Assembly (NCBI GenBank): GCA_964016885.1
Contig: OZ024743.1
Location: 357,182,001 to 357,246,000, forward strand
Reading direction: 5' to 3'
Source of the DNA: Eledone cirrhosa
Taxonomy: Eukaryota
Length of the DNA: 64,000 bases
Under the pieces are notes generated by a model. It was not told where the DNA came from. It was given only the letters and a program-made list of their open reading frames with translations, and ran no database searches. Positions 1 to 11,817 of this stretch are shown here, one piece after another (position 1 is the first letter of the stretch; every line of letters starts with the position of its first letter). A program made the translations under genes and the position numbers.

Positions 1-10
1 ATATATATTA

Positions 11-1445
11 TTGGCATCTATCGGTCTTGAAAGGCCATGGATCTGCGCATGGAGATTTTTGTGTCAGTTGCTGATGGTGGTGCAGTATCTACTGTGGCTA
101 CACAGGCCCACATGGGAGTGGCAGTCCTGTATGCAGCGACTACATTTGAAGATGTTCTCCTCCAGTGCTACTGTGTTGTTGCCCTTTTTTTCGAGCCCAC
201 TTTTCCTTGGAGGCGAGTTTCAGTTTCTCTTCCTCCTTCCTGCTCCATCTTCTTGCACATTGCTTATCTCCATTGTGGGCGATCTTTAGTGATCTCCTTC
301 CATCTCTGCATGTCTAGATCTATTGACTTCATATCTCTCCTGCAGACGTCTTTGAAACGAAGATGAGGTCATCATTATGCTCCTGTGCTGGTGGTTCCCC
401 ATACAGTAGGCCTTTTGAGATGCTCCCATCTGGCATATAATGTATGTGACTGAGCCAGTGCAGATGGTGCTGTTGGAGCAGGGTGAATATACTGGTTATC
501 TTGACACGGTTGAGCACTTCAGTGTTGGTGACCCGGTTGGTCCACTTGATATTCAAAATATGTCTCAGGTTATGAATTCATTCATTTTCATTCATCATTT
601 TACGTCCACTTTTCCCTGCTTGCAAGGGTGGGACGGGAACTGATTCTGGCTTGATTTCTACAGCTGGATGCCCTTACTAACACCAACCTCATTTACAGTG
701 AATGCTGGGTGCTTCTTTGCCGTGGCACCTCCACGACCACTCTGCAGTGGAATGATAGGGACCCCAGTCCCTATCATCTCATTTCCACAGCTGAGTAAAC
801 TGGAGCAATGTGAAATAAAGTGTCTTGCTCAAGGAAACAACACACCACCCAGTCTGAGAATTGAACTCACCACCTTTCGATTGCGAGGCCAATGCTCTAA
901 CCACTAAGCCATGTGCCTCCATTGGAAGACATTGATACACCACTCCTGTCTGGAGTAGAGGCTCCATGTCGTGCTGCCATAAAGTAGTATGCTGAGGACA
1001 CAAGCCATATAGATAGCAATCTTGGTGTTTGTAGTTAGTTTTCTGTTTGTCCAGACTCTCTTTGTCAGTCTGACAAATGTGGAGGCTGCTTGTCCAACTC
1101 TCCTGCTGATCTCGGAGTCCAACATCAGCTGTATTTTTCTTAAGAGGTGATCATAAAACTTATCTTTGTCATTTTGTATGGAATAGATGGTTGGGGAATA
1201 AGCACTAACAAGGTTGACAAGCCCATCTGAAGTGTGCAATCGGAGTGAGAGGATCTGCTCTGAACCTTTGCTAGTGAGTTCCACCATCTTCAACAGTGAG
1301 TTCCTTGCGGCAAAGCTGACACCATTCTCTCTGGCTTTATCTATGCCTTTTCCCTATCAGAAAAAGGTATATTCTCTCTCACAAATGGTCTCCAAATCTG
1401 GGAGTCACATTTTCTGGAGTGCTGCAATGTTCACTTGAAGTCGTA
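11..1445 (-). mobile_element. RTE-clade (BovB-like) LINE remnant, internally deleted and split by a SINE
   Basis: ORF 904-1293 fuses APE motifs (LVSAYSPT..DKFYDHL) to post-RT motifs (EISRRVGQAASTFVRL..ILLYGSTTW). It continues after the SINE as NIKWTNRVTNTEVL..WLSHI..LLYGE and ends with a C-terminal CSRC..HSRYC zinc motif near 85-150. Confidence 0.85.
577..920 (-). mobile_element. tRNA-derived CORE-type SINE with RTE-derived 3' tail (family S1)
   Basis: Minus strand starts GGAGGCACATGGCTTAGTGGTTAGAGC (A box), then GAGTTCAATTC (B box), a CORE-like CTTGAGCAAGACACTT segment and an (ATGAA)n tail. Near-identical copies at 14204 and 29183. Confidence 0.85.
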
Positions 1446-1448
1446 ACA

Positions 1449-1449
<1 letters not shown>

Positions 1450-1501
<52 letters not shown>

Positions 1502-1554
1502 ATAAATAAAACAAACAAAACACAGGAAGCAATTTTTACACAGTTATATTAGAT

Positions 1555-1635
<81 letters not shown>

Positions 1636-1674
1636 ATATATATATATATATATAATATATATATATATAAATAA

Positions 1675-1744
<70 letters not shown>

Positions 1745-1841
1745 TATATAAATAAATATATATATAATATATATATAAATATATATATATAAATTATATA
1801 TAAATATATATATATATATATAAATAAATATATATATATAA

Positions 1842-1919
<78 letters not shown>

Positions 1920-1950
1920 AGAGAGAGAGAGAGAGAGTGAGAGAGAGAAT
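1450..1950. repeat. (TA)n/(GA)n microsatellite tract
   Basis: Seen directly. Many similar tracts occur, e.g. 4845-5130, 12463-12890, 39211-39700, 43587-43990 and 58670-59240. Confidence 0.98.
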
Positions 1951-2189
1951 CAAAATACAAATAATTCATTCAGTCTTCTTCACTTCAATTTATACCTGAA
2001 TTTATACATGCTCAAACCATACACACACATACATACTCACACACATAATCACACACATAAATGAACAGGTATACTCCTGCACACAAACATATTATGTTAT
2101 TTAACCTTTCCTTGCAAATGTTGTGTGGTGGTGTATTCTATGTGATCTATATCTGGAAATAACCAAAGGAGTTCCATTGTACGATCTAG

Positions 2190-2190
2190 G

Positions 2191-2221
<31 letters not shown>

Positions 2222-2625
2222 GGTGGTGGTGGTGGTGGTGGTAATGGTGGAGGTAGAGGAGTGATGTTGGTGATGGTTCTAGTGGTCATGATTATGGTGG
2301 TGGTGGTGGTGGTGGTGGTGATGATGAAAGTTTGGTGGTGGCGGTGTTGATGACGGCATTGTTGTTGTTGTTGGTGGTAGTGGTGGTGGTGGTGGTGGTG
2401 GTGGTGGTGGTGGTGGTGGTGTTTGTAGGGGTGGTGATGATGACAGTATTATTGTTGTTATTGTTGTTGTGGTTGTTGGTAGTGGTGGTGGTTGTAGTTG
2501 TAGTGGTGGTGATGATGATAGTTCTAGTGGTGATGGTGGTGGTGGTGGTGGTGATGATGATTGTATTGATGGGAGTGATGGTATTAATGATGATTCTGTT
2601 GGTGGTTGTTATGGTGGTGTTGGTA
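2190..2625. repeat. (GGT)/(GAT)/(GTT) trinucleotide low-complexity tract
   Basis: Seen directly. Confidence 0.95.
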
Positions 2626-3044
2626 TACACAGCCATGCCCAGAATGATTACATGCTTGCTATATCCTCCACCCATTCACATATGTATGTACATACATTCC
2701 TCTTCATTCATAAACAACTCCAGCTTGACTCCTGAAAAGTTTATCACAGATTGGCTTTTTTAAAAATCTCATTTAATCATTTGTTCTCCATCTCAGAAGA
2801 ATACTCCAGGGATCTGCACATCCCTACCACAGAGGCTGGGGTTGGTAGGTTTTTTTTTTTTTAGTATGAGGAAGGTTATTTATATATTTTCCTTTACTAC
2901 TGCTGCTGCTGTTGTTGTTGTTGCTGTAGGAGTGGGCTTCTATATGAAGTTTATTTTCTCTGTTTGTGAGGAGAGGGTTTGGTCTTGCCTGTGATTAAAA
3001 CTGGAAGGAATCAGATGCTGCCATCTAGTTCTATGTACAGCGTA

Positions 3045-3410
3045 GTAGTGCATGTATCTTTGGTGTGGTGTAGTGTAATGTGGTGTGGTGTTGTGTGGTG
3101 TGGTATGGTGTAGTGAATTATATGTGGTGTGAAGTTGGTGTAGTGTAGTGTAGTGTAGTGTGGTGTGGTGTAGTGTAGAATGGTTTAGTGAAGTTAGTGT
3201 GGTGTGATGTGGTTTAGTGTTATTTGGTGTGATGAAGTGTGGTGTAGTGTGGCATGGAGTAGGTGCAGTGTAGTATGTTGTGGTGTGATGAAGTGTGGCA
3301 TGTGTGGGAGGAGGTGTAGTGTAGTTTTGTGTGATGCAGTATGGGGTAGTTGTGATGTAATGCAGTGTGATGTGATGTTCTGTAGTGTGGTATCATATGG
3401 TGTGGTGTAG
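3045..3410. repeat. degenerate pentanucleotide (GTGTA/GTGTG)n repeat
   Basis: Seen directly. Confidence 0.9.
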
Positions 3411-3417
3411 TCCAGCT

Positions 3418-4068
3418 GCAATACTCAATTAATTTCTGTCCAGTCCTTGCATATCCTCTGCATTTCCTGCCCACATTGCACCACCAATGCAGTACTGCAT
3501 TTCACATGCAGGCATCATATAACCTGCCTTTTGCTCACAGAGAGAAAATCCCTTTGTTGTCAACAGTGGCAGTACCTCTCTGAACCTTTTCCATCTTCTT
3601 ATTCTAGCTGGTAAACTTTGGAAACCCGCCTCCACTGCTAATTACATCACTCAGGTAACAAAAGCTATTAACAACCTCTATGGAATCTCTTATTATTACC
3701 TATCCCTGTGCACCTGCCATGTACTAGGACTGCTTTTTCTGTTAACCTGCCTGCTCTCCCACTACACGTCTTGTGTACCCCTCTTTTACATTGTCTACCT
3801 CCCATAGAGTTCCTACTTGCTCCTTTTCTACACATTTAGCATAGCCACTTCCCTGATGGTATCAAAGCCTTGTCCTCATTCCTATTTACTAAAACGTTGG
3901 TCTTTGCATAATATATTCTGAGTGCTATTGATTCGAAGTTCTGTTTACACAACAGGAATTTCTTCTGTAGCTCTTGCACAGATTCAGCTATAAGAACCAG
4001 ATCGTCAGCATACTGAAGTTCTCATGAACAACCAGTATTAAAATCCTCTATTATGGCCAGGAGAACTC
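3418..4068 (-). mobile_element. decayed RTE fragment related to the full-length element at 39.7-43.6 kb
   Basis: Minus-strand remnants YADDLVLIAES, PSGKWLC*MCRKG and WKRFREVLPLLTTKGFSL align by eye to YADDLTLIAES, PSGKWPCSVCRKG and WKKFRELIPLLAARGFSL of the intact ORF. Confidence 0.85.
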
Positions 4069-4083
4069 ATATATATACTTATA

Positions 4084-4593
4084 CTAGCTGAGGTACCCGG
4101 TAATACCCGGGAGTAGGGGTATTCCCAGTTCCCATTAAAATGCCCAATGCCTCTTGGACCAAGAATGAAATCAAAATATAGGACAGATAATCAAAAGCGA
4201 AGACAAATTCATTTACGAAACAATAATACAAACAAATGTTGTTGATTGCATTGGTCAGGCGAAAAAATGTTTGTCAGAGAAGTTGAGTGTTGCTATAATG
4301 AAAAAAATAGAACCCCCATTAGGGTGTCTTAATATTATTGAAATTTGCTGAAATTTTGTGAATCGGCATCATATCTTGTCATTTACCTATGGTTTAAATT
4401 TCATATAAATCGAAGGGGAAAGATTAAGCGGGGGTTTGCAGTGGGGAACCCTTTGATTAAAATGAAATATACATAAGAAATCAAAAGGGCATGAGCCCCA
4501 CATACGTGTCAAGTTTCATCAAGATCAGTTTGGTAGTTTTTGAGTTTTAGGTTCACAAACAAACAAACAGACAGAAATTGCCATTTATATAGA
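4084..4593 (-). mobile_element. non-autonomous Helitron
   Basis: Minus strand starts TCTATATAAAT followed by (GTTT)n. It ends in a GC hairpin CCCGG-GTATTA-CCGGG, then CTAG^T. Confidence 0.7.
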
Positions 4594-4841
4594 AATATAA
4601 ATGATATAAAAGTGTGTCCATGTATTATTTATGACTGTGTAAAAAAACATTGAGAGAGTGAAAGCATGGCATGTGTGTGTGTGTGAAACTAAGAGATGGA
4701 AGTCTGATAATTAATTCTACCATCTGTCGTAGTTCAGCACTTGTTTGCTTCAGTCACACTGGATCTACTTCTGACATTTTCTGTACAGCACACATATACA
4801 CACACACACTACACACACATATATATATTCATACATATATA

Positions 4842-4928
<87 letters not shown>

Positions 4929-5042
4929 TGATACATACACACACATATATACATACATTTATATACATGTGTGTATATACATACACACACACATATATAC
5001 ATACATTTATATACATGTGTGTGTATATATATATATATATAT

Positions 5043-5128
<86 letters not shown>

Positions 5129-5470
5129 CTCACATACACCTACATAGAGAATGTTATGTTTCTGTAATCCCCCCCCCTCCCCCATCTATCTCACTCATCC
5201 CTACCTAAATGTCACTTCAAACTGTCACCTGTCCATCATTCTCCATTGTAAAACAACTGATTGACATGCAGTCCTATTACCATTGTCTCTGCACACAAGT
5301 GGACACTATGATTCACTAGTTGCATCATAAGCTACAACAAACTTGCAGCAACAATTAACCCTTTCATTGCTGTATTTCTCATGAAATACACTACCTATGT
5401 GTTCTAATTAATTCTGAAAATACCCCCAAATTAGAAGGAATTTAACCCTTTAGCATTTACATTATTCTAT

Positions 5471-5571
5471 CCCGCCAAGGTTGACTTTGCCTTTCATCCT
5501 TACGGGGTCGATAAAATAAAGTACCAGTAATGCACTGGGTAATTGCTGGCCTTGTGCCTAAAGTAGAAACA
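5471..5571 (+). mobile_element. 5'-truncated SINE (family S2)
   Basis: Core GGTTGACTTTGCCTTTCATCCTTACGGGGTCGATAAAATAAAGTACC. 10-bp TSD ATTATTCTAT at 5461-5470 and 5572-5581. Confidence 0.85.
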
Positions 5572-5675
5572 ATTATTCTATATATACTATTGTATTTTTG
5601 TGGTAAAGGCTTTACCTCACATAATTATCTAAAATAATATTGTATCTTCAAGATTTTGATATTATTTATTTTGAG

Positions 5676-5863
5676 GGTGGTGGATTGGCAGTATCAGTAG
5701 AGCATCAGACACCATGCTTTGCAGCATAGAGTTACGGCCCTTTGCGTTCTCAGTTCAAATCCCTCTGAGGTTAACTTTGCTTTTTTGTTTTTACGGGGCT
5801 GATAAAATAAAGCACCAGTAATGCACTGGTGTAATTGCTGGCCTCGTATCAAAAGTAGAAACA
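5676..5863 (+). mobile_element. full-length tRNA-derived SINE (family S2)
   Basis: tRNA-like head (TGGCAGTATCAG ... GTTCAAATCC). 15-bp TSD ATTATTTATTTTGAG at 5661-5675 and 5864-5878. Confidence 0.9.
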
Positions 5864-6159
5864 ATTATTTATTTTGAGAACAATACCTTAACATCAGTAT
5901 GAGCAGCCAGTTGTGGCCAGTTTGAACAGAAAGATGTGACAGAATTCTGGCTGGATATGGCTGGTTTAAAGACTAAAGGGTTAATAAAATATCTAAGTTT
6001 TTTTTGTAAGTAAACTGATATTTAGAACATTACTTAAGAACAAAATGATATAATATAATTATCATGACAGGTTTTGATACAAGGATAAACATTTTTAACA
6101 CTGGAAATCAAATTTTATTTTTTTATTTTCTTAAAACTAAAATTTATCAGGAAGAGACC

Positions 6160-6388
6160 TTAACTTTTTAGCATTTACATTACTCTATATTTATTATTGT
6201 ATTTGCACAATAAACATTTTATTTCACATAATTATCTCACATAATATCGAATCTATCAGATTTTTATATTATTTATTTTGAGAACAATACCTTAACATAA
6301 GTATAAGCAGCTGGTTATGGCTGGATTGAACAGAAAGAGGAGAGAGAATTCTGGCTGGATATGGTCAGTTTAAATGCTAAAGGATTAA
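6160..6388 (+). mobile_element. piggyBac-type MITE family A
   Basis: TTAA flanks, TIR CTTTTTAGCATTTA/TAAATGCTAAAGGA, and internal similarity to the other copies. Confidence 0.8.
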
Positions 6389-6419
6389 ATGAGCAACTGT
6401 TATTACAACAAAAAATAAC

Positions 6420-7010
6420 AGCAGTTGTCAAGTACAGCATCCATTACAACAACAACAATAACAACCATTGATGTTGTCATTGTGCAACAGTATTTGCAAC
6501 AACAACAACAACTGCTGTTGCTAATGTGCTAATGTGCAACAATCTTTACAACAATAACAACTACAACAGCTTTAATAATGTGCAAATGTGCAACAATCTT
6601 TACAACAATAACAACTACAACTGCTGTTGCTAATGTGCAAATGTGCAACAATCTTTACAACAATAACAACTACAACTGCTGTTGCTAATGTGCAACAATC
6701 TTTACAACAATAACAACAACAACTGCTGTTGCTAATGTGTAACAATCTTTACAACATTAACAACTACAACAGCTGTTGTTAATGTGCAACTATAACAACT
6801 ACAACTGCTGTTGCTAATGTGCAACAATCTTTACCATAATAACAACAACAACCATTACTGTTGCCAGTGTGCAACAATCTTTACACCAATAACAACCCAT
6901 GTTGCCAGTTCTTGCAACAACCCAACGACCATTGCTGTTGTTAGTATGTAGTAGTCATTGCAACAATAATAGCACTTATCAGAGAGCAACCATCATAACA
7001 ACAACCACAA
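6420..7010. repeat. CAA-rich minisatellite, ~42-52-bp units
   Basis: Recurring AATGTGCAACAATCTTTACAACAATAACAACTACAACTGCTGTTGCT. Confidence 0.85.
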
Positions 7011-7012
7011 CA

Positions 7013-9980
7013 GTTGTCAATGTGCAGCATTTGTTGTTATGCAACAGTAATTGCACTAATATCAGCTGTTGTTAAGGTGCAACTATCATAACAACCATAA
7101 CAACAACAACAACAGTAGCAGCAGTTGTCAATGTGCAGCATTTGTTGTTATGCAACAGTAATTGCACTAATATCAGCTGTTGTTAAGGTGCAACAGTCAT
7201 TACAACCATAACAACAACAACAACAACAACAACAGCAGTTGTCAATGTGCAGCATTTGTTGTTATGCAACAGTAATTGAACTAATATCAGCTGTTGTTAA
7301 GGTGCAACAGACATTACAACCATAACAACAACAACAGCAGTTGTCAATGTGCAGCATTTGTTGTTATGCAACAGTAATTGAACTAATATCAGCTGTTGTT
7401 AAGGTGCAACAGACATTACAGCCATAACAACAACAACAACAACAACAACAGCAGTTGTCAATGTGCAGCATTTGTTGTTATGCAACAGTAATTGAACTAA
7501 TATCAGCTGTTGTTAAGGTGCAACAGTCATTACAGCCATAACAACAACAACAACAGCAGCAGCAGTTGTCAATGTGCAGCATTTGTTGTTATGCAACAGT
7601 AATTGAACTAATATCAGCTGTTGTTAAGGTGCAACAGTCATTACAACCATAACAACAACAACAACAGCAGCAGCAGTTGTCAATATGCAGCATTTGTTGT
7701 TATGCAACAGTAATTGAACTAATATCAGCTGTTGTTAAGGTGCAACAGTCATTACAACCATAACAACAGCAGCAGCAGTTGTCAATATGCAGCATTTGTT
7801 GTTATGCAACAGTAATTGAACTAATATCAGCTGTTGTTAAGGTGCAACAGTCATTACAGCCATAACAACAACAACAACAACAGCAGCAGCAGTTGTCAAT
7901 ATGCAGCATTTGTTGTTATGCAACAGTAATTGAACTAATATCAGCTGTTGTTAAGGTGCAACAGTCATTACAACCATAACAACAGCAGCAGCAGTTGTCA
8001 ATGTGCAGCATTTGTTGTTATGCAACAGTAATTGAACTAATATCAGCTGTTGTTAAGGTGCAACAGTCATTACAACCATAACAACAACAGCAACAACAAC
8101 AGCAGCAGCAGTTGTCAATATGCAGCATTTGTTGTTATGCAACAGTAATTGCACTAATATCAGCTGTTGTTAAGGTGCAACAGTCATTACAACCATAACA
8201 ACAACAACAACAACAACAGCAGTTGTCAATGTGCAGCATTTGTTGTTATGCAACAGTAATTGCACTAATATCAGCTGTTGTTAAGGTGCAACAGTCATTA
8301 CAGCCATAACAACAACAACAACAACAGCAGTTGTCAATGTGCAGCATTTGTTGTTATGCAACAGTAATTGCACTAATATCAGCTGTTGTTAAGGTGCAAC
8401 AGTCATTACAGCCATAACAACAACAACAACAACAACAGCAGTTGTCAATATGCAGCATTTGTTGTTATGCAACAGTAATTGAACTAATATCAGCTGTTGT
8501 TAAGGTGCAACAGTCATTACAGCCATAACAACAACAACAACAGCAGTTGTCAATGTGCAGCATTTGTTGTTATGCAACAGTAATTGCACTAATATCAGCT
8601 GTTGTTAAGGTGCAACAGTCATTACAGCCATAACAACAACAACAACAACAGCAGTTGTCAATGTGCAGCATTTGTTGTTATGCAACAGTAATTGCACTAA
8701 TATCAGCTGTTGTTAAGGTGCAACAGTCATTACAACCATAACAACAACAACAGCAGCAGCAGTTGTCAATGTGCAGCATTTGTTGTTATGCAACAGTAAT
8801 TGAACTAATATCAGCTGTTGTTAAGGTGCAACAGTCATTACAGCCATAACAACAACAACAACAGCAGCAGCAGTTGTCAATGTGCAGCATTTGTTGTTAT
8901 GCAACAGTAATTGAACTAATATCAGCTGTTGTTAAGGTGCAACAGTCATTACAGCCATAACAACAACAACAACAGCAGTTGTCAATGTGCAGCATTTGTT
9001 GTTATGCAACAGTAATTGCACTAATATCAGCTGTTGTTAAGGTGCAACAGTCATTACAACCATAACAACAACAGCAACAACAACAGCAGCAGCAGTTGTC
9101 AATATGCAGCATTTGTTGTTATGCAACAGTAATTGAACTAATATCAGCTGTTGTTAAGGTGCAACAGTCATTACAGCCATAACAACAACAACAACAGCAG
9201 TTGTCAATGTGCAGCATTTGTTGTTATGCAACAGTAATTGCACTAATATCAGCTGTTGTTAAGGTGCAACAGTCATTACAACCATAACAACAACAGCAAC
9301 AACAACAGCAGCAGCAGTTGTCAATATGCAGCATTTGTTGTTATGCAACAGTAATTGAACTAATATCAGCTGTTGTTAAGGTGCAACAGTCATTACAGCC
9401 ATAACAACAACAACAACAGCAGTTGTCAATGTGCAGCATTTGTTGTTATGCAACAGTAATTGCACTAATATCAGCTGTTGTTAAGGTGCAACAGTCATTA
9501 CAGCCATAACAACAACAACAACAGCAGTTGTCAATGTGCAGCATTTGTTGTTATGCAACAGTAATTGCACTAATATCAGCTGTTGTTAAGGTGCAACAGT
9601 CATTACAGCCATAACAACAACAACAACAGCAGCAGCAGTTGTCAATGTGAAGCATTTGTTGTTATGCAACAGTAATTGCACTAATATCAGCTGTTGTTAA
9701 GGTGCAACAGTGATTACAACCATAACAACAACAACAACAGCAGCAGCAGTTGTCAATGTGCAGCATTTGTTGTTATGCAACAGTAATTGCACTAATATCA
9801 GCTGTTGTTAAGGTGCAACAGTGATTACAACCATAACAACAACAACAACAGCACCAGCGTTTGTCAATGTGCAGCATTTGTTGTTATGCAACAGTAATTG
9901 CACTAATGTCAGCTGTTGTTAAGGTGCAACAGTCATTACAGCCATAACAACAACAACAACAGCAGTTGTCAATGTGCAAC
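7013..9980. repeat. tandem satellite, ~28 units of ~102-114 bp
   Basis: Constant block GTTGTCAATGTGCAGCATTTG...CAGTCATTACAGCCATAA plus a variable (CAA)n(CAG)m tract. Unit starts at 7013, 7124, 7238, 7340 and onward. Confidence 0.97.
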
Positions 9981-10088
9981 AGAGTAAGTGCTGAAAGAGA
10001 AGTAAAAGAGATGGTCCAGACAGTAGCAATGACTGCAGCAGCAGCAGCTAGTGATGCTACAAAGACAGATAGTATATATATATGTGTA

Positions 10089-10346
10089 TAATTGTTTCTA
10101 CTTTTGGCACAAGGCCAGCAATTACACCAGTGCATTACTGGTACTTTATTTTATAAAAAAAATGTTTGGGGGTGGGGGAAGTCAATGAAATCGACCCCAG
10201 TGAGTGACTGGTACTTTATTTTATCAACCTTGTAAAGATGAAAGGCAAAGCTAACCTCGGCGGAATTTGAACTCAGAACGTAAAGGGCCATAACTCTATG
10301 CTGCAAAGCATGGTGTCTGACACTCTACCGATACTGCCAATCCACT
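10089..10346 (-). mobile_element. SINE S2 (longer variant with duplicated core segment)
   Basis: Reverse complement of the S2 consensus; ACTGGTACTTTATTTTAT occurs twice. Confidence 0.8.
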
Positions 10347-10437
10347 GACATCATCATCATCATCATCATCATCATCATTTTACGTCCGCTTTTCCCTGCT
10401 TAAGTATATATATATATAATAGTATATATATATATAT

Positions 10438-10625
10438 AATTGTTTCTATTTTTGGCACAAGGCCAGCAATTACCAGTACATTACTGGTACTTTATTTTAT
10501 CGACCCCGTAAGGATGAAAGGCAAAGTTAACCTCGGCCGGATTTGAACTCAGATCATAAAGGGACGTAACTCTATGCTTCAAAGCATGGTGTCCAACTCT
10601 CTACCGATACTGCTAATCCACCGCC
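10438..10625 (-). mobile_element. SINE S2
   Basis: Full-length reverse-complement match from GGCGGTGGATTAGCAG to GAAACAATTAT. Confidence 0.9.
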
Positions 10626-10905
10626 CTTAGTATATTTATATATAATATACGGCAATATATATAGAACAGCACCCCCTATAGGACTGTGGAGTGAGGGAAA
10701 AGGTAATAGAGTGAGAGGGCGAGTGTAAGAGAGGGAGTGTTAGAGGGGGAGATTGTGAGAAGTGAGGAAGAAAGAGATCTAGAATGAGAGTTGCAGCACA
10801 CTTTTTGTTGTTAGAAAATGGATAGCTGAACAGGTTGTGTGCATATGTGTTTATGTGTGTGTGTATGTGTGTATCTATCTATCTACCTTCCTATCTACCT
10901 ACCTC

Positions 10906-10950
<45 letters not shown>

Positions 10951-10955
10951 ATATC

Positions 10956-10997
<42 letters not shown>

Positions 10998-11255
10998 CCT
11001 ACCTAATATATAGCTTATTTTAATTTATTAATTTTAAAGTGTACACAATTTCTATGTAAAAACCCTGCCGTCACCTTTTGTAATATCACATTTCTTGTAC
11101 ACCCTTCTGGCAAATAAAGAAAGATATCTATCTATCTATCTAATCTATCTATATTATGTAATCTGACAGGCAAGCTTTAAACCATTTCAATGGTTGAATG
11201 GAAATACTTTGTGAGTGAAAGTGTTACAAAGAAAGTGAAACCCATCGTATATATA

Positions 11256-11395
<140 letters not shown>

Positions 11396-11514
11396 GAGGT
11401 TATATTTAATTTGTTGGGATACAACAAGCAAAGTATTTTTATAACTGATATAAAGCACTCAACAAATTATTGGAGTAAATATACAAATGGAAACTATATT
11501 TATAAAACCATATT

Positions 11515-11580
11515 TATTTCATTATACATATTTCAAGGGCCACCAGAGAAAACTATGGTGTGCTTTCATCAGATAAAATA
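11515..11580 (-). ncRNA. minimal type I hammerhead ribozyme (Penelope-type)
   Basis: Minus strand: TATTTTAT-CTGATGA-AAG.CA.CACCA[loop]TGGTG.GCC.CTT-GAAA-TATGTA-TA^-ATGAAATA. 8-bp stem I, AUA cleavage triplet, AATAAA overlapping the 3' arm. Confidence 0.75.
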
Positions 11581-11618
11581 TAATATAGGTTAGTTTTATA
11601 AATAAATATTGACATACC

Positions 11619-11687
11619 CTTAAAAAATGCAACCATTCTGGTTGGAATCTCCTGGAAATTCCAACCTGAATGGTTGCATTTTTTAAG
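11619..11687. repeat. near-perfect 69-bp palindrome (hairpin)
   Basis: CTTAAAAAATGCAACCATTC.GGTTGGAAT pairs with ATTCCAACC.GAATGGTTGCATTTTTTAAG. Confidence 0.9.
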
Positions 11688-11817
11688 TTTCCATATAGTT
11701 TCCATTTGTTAATATATTGTATATATATATATATATATATATAACAGCGATAATTCTGGCAATATTATTACACAAATATGACCCTCCCCAGGTATAACAA
11801 TATATATATATATATAT

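Larger units (their letters stand above)
5442..5984 (+). mobile_element. piggyBac-type MITE (family A, ~215 bp) carrying two SINE insertions
   Basis: TTAA|CCCTTTAGCATTTA ... TAAAGACTAAAGGG|TTAA. The internal sequence matches the copies at 6160, 30763, 48100, 59696 and 63446. Confidence 0.8.
5355..6100. mobile_element. piggyBac-type MITE (family B) acting as host of nested insertions; right end uncertain
   Basis: TTAA-CCCTTT terminus at 5355. Similar sequence occurs at 15921-16199 and ~16660-17060, both ending AAAGGG-TTAA. Confidence 0.5.

Noticed and set aside
5676-5770. tRNA genes at SINE heads (also 845-920 and 60353-60420)
   Set aside because: A/B boxes are present but there is no complete cloverleaf, and each continues into a SINE core and tail.
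7013-9980. CRISPR-like repeat/spacer appearance
   Set aside because: The variable part is only a CAA/CAG tract, not unique spacers; the constant block is ~85 bp, there are no cas genes, and the context is eukaryotic.
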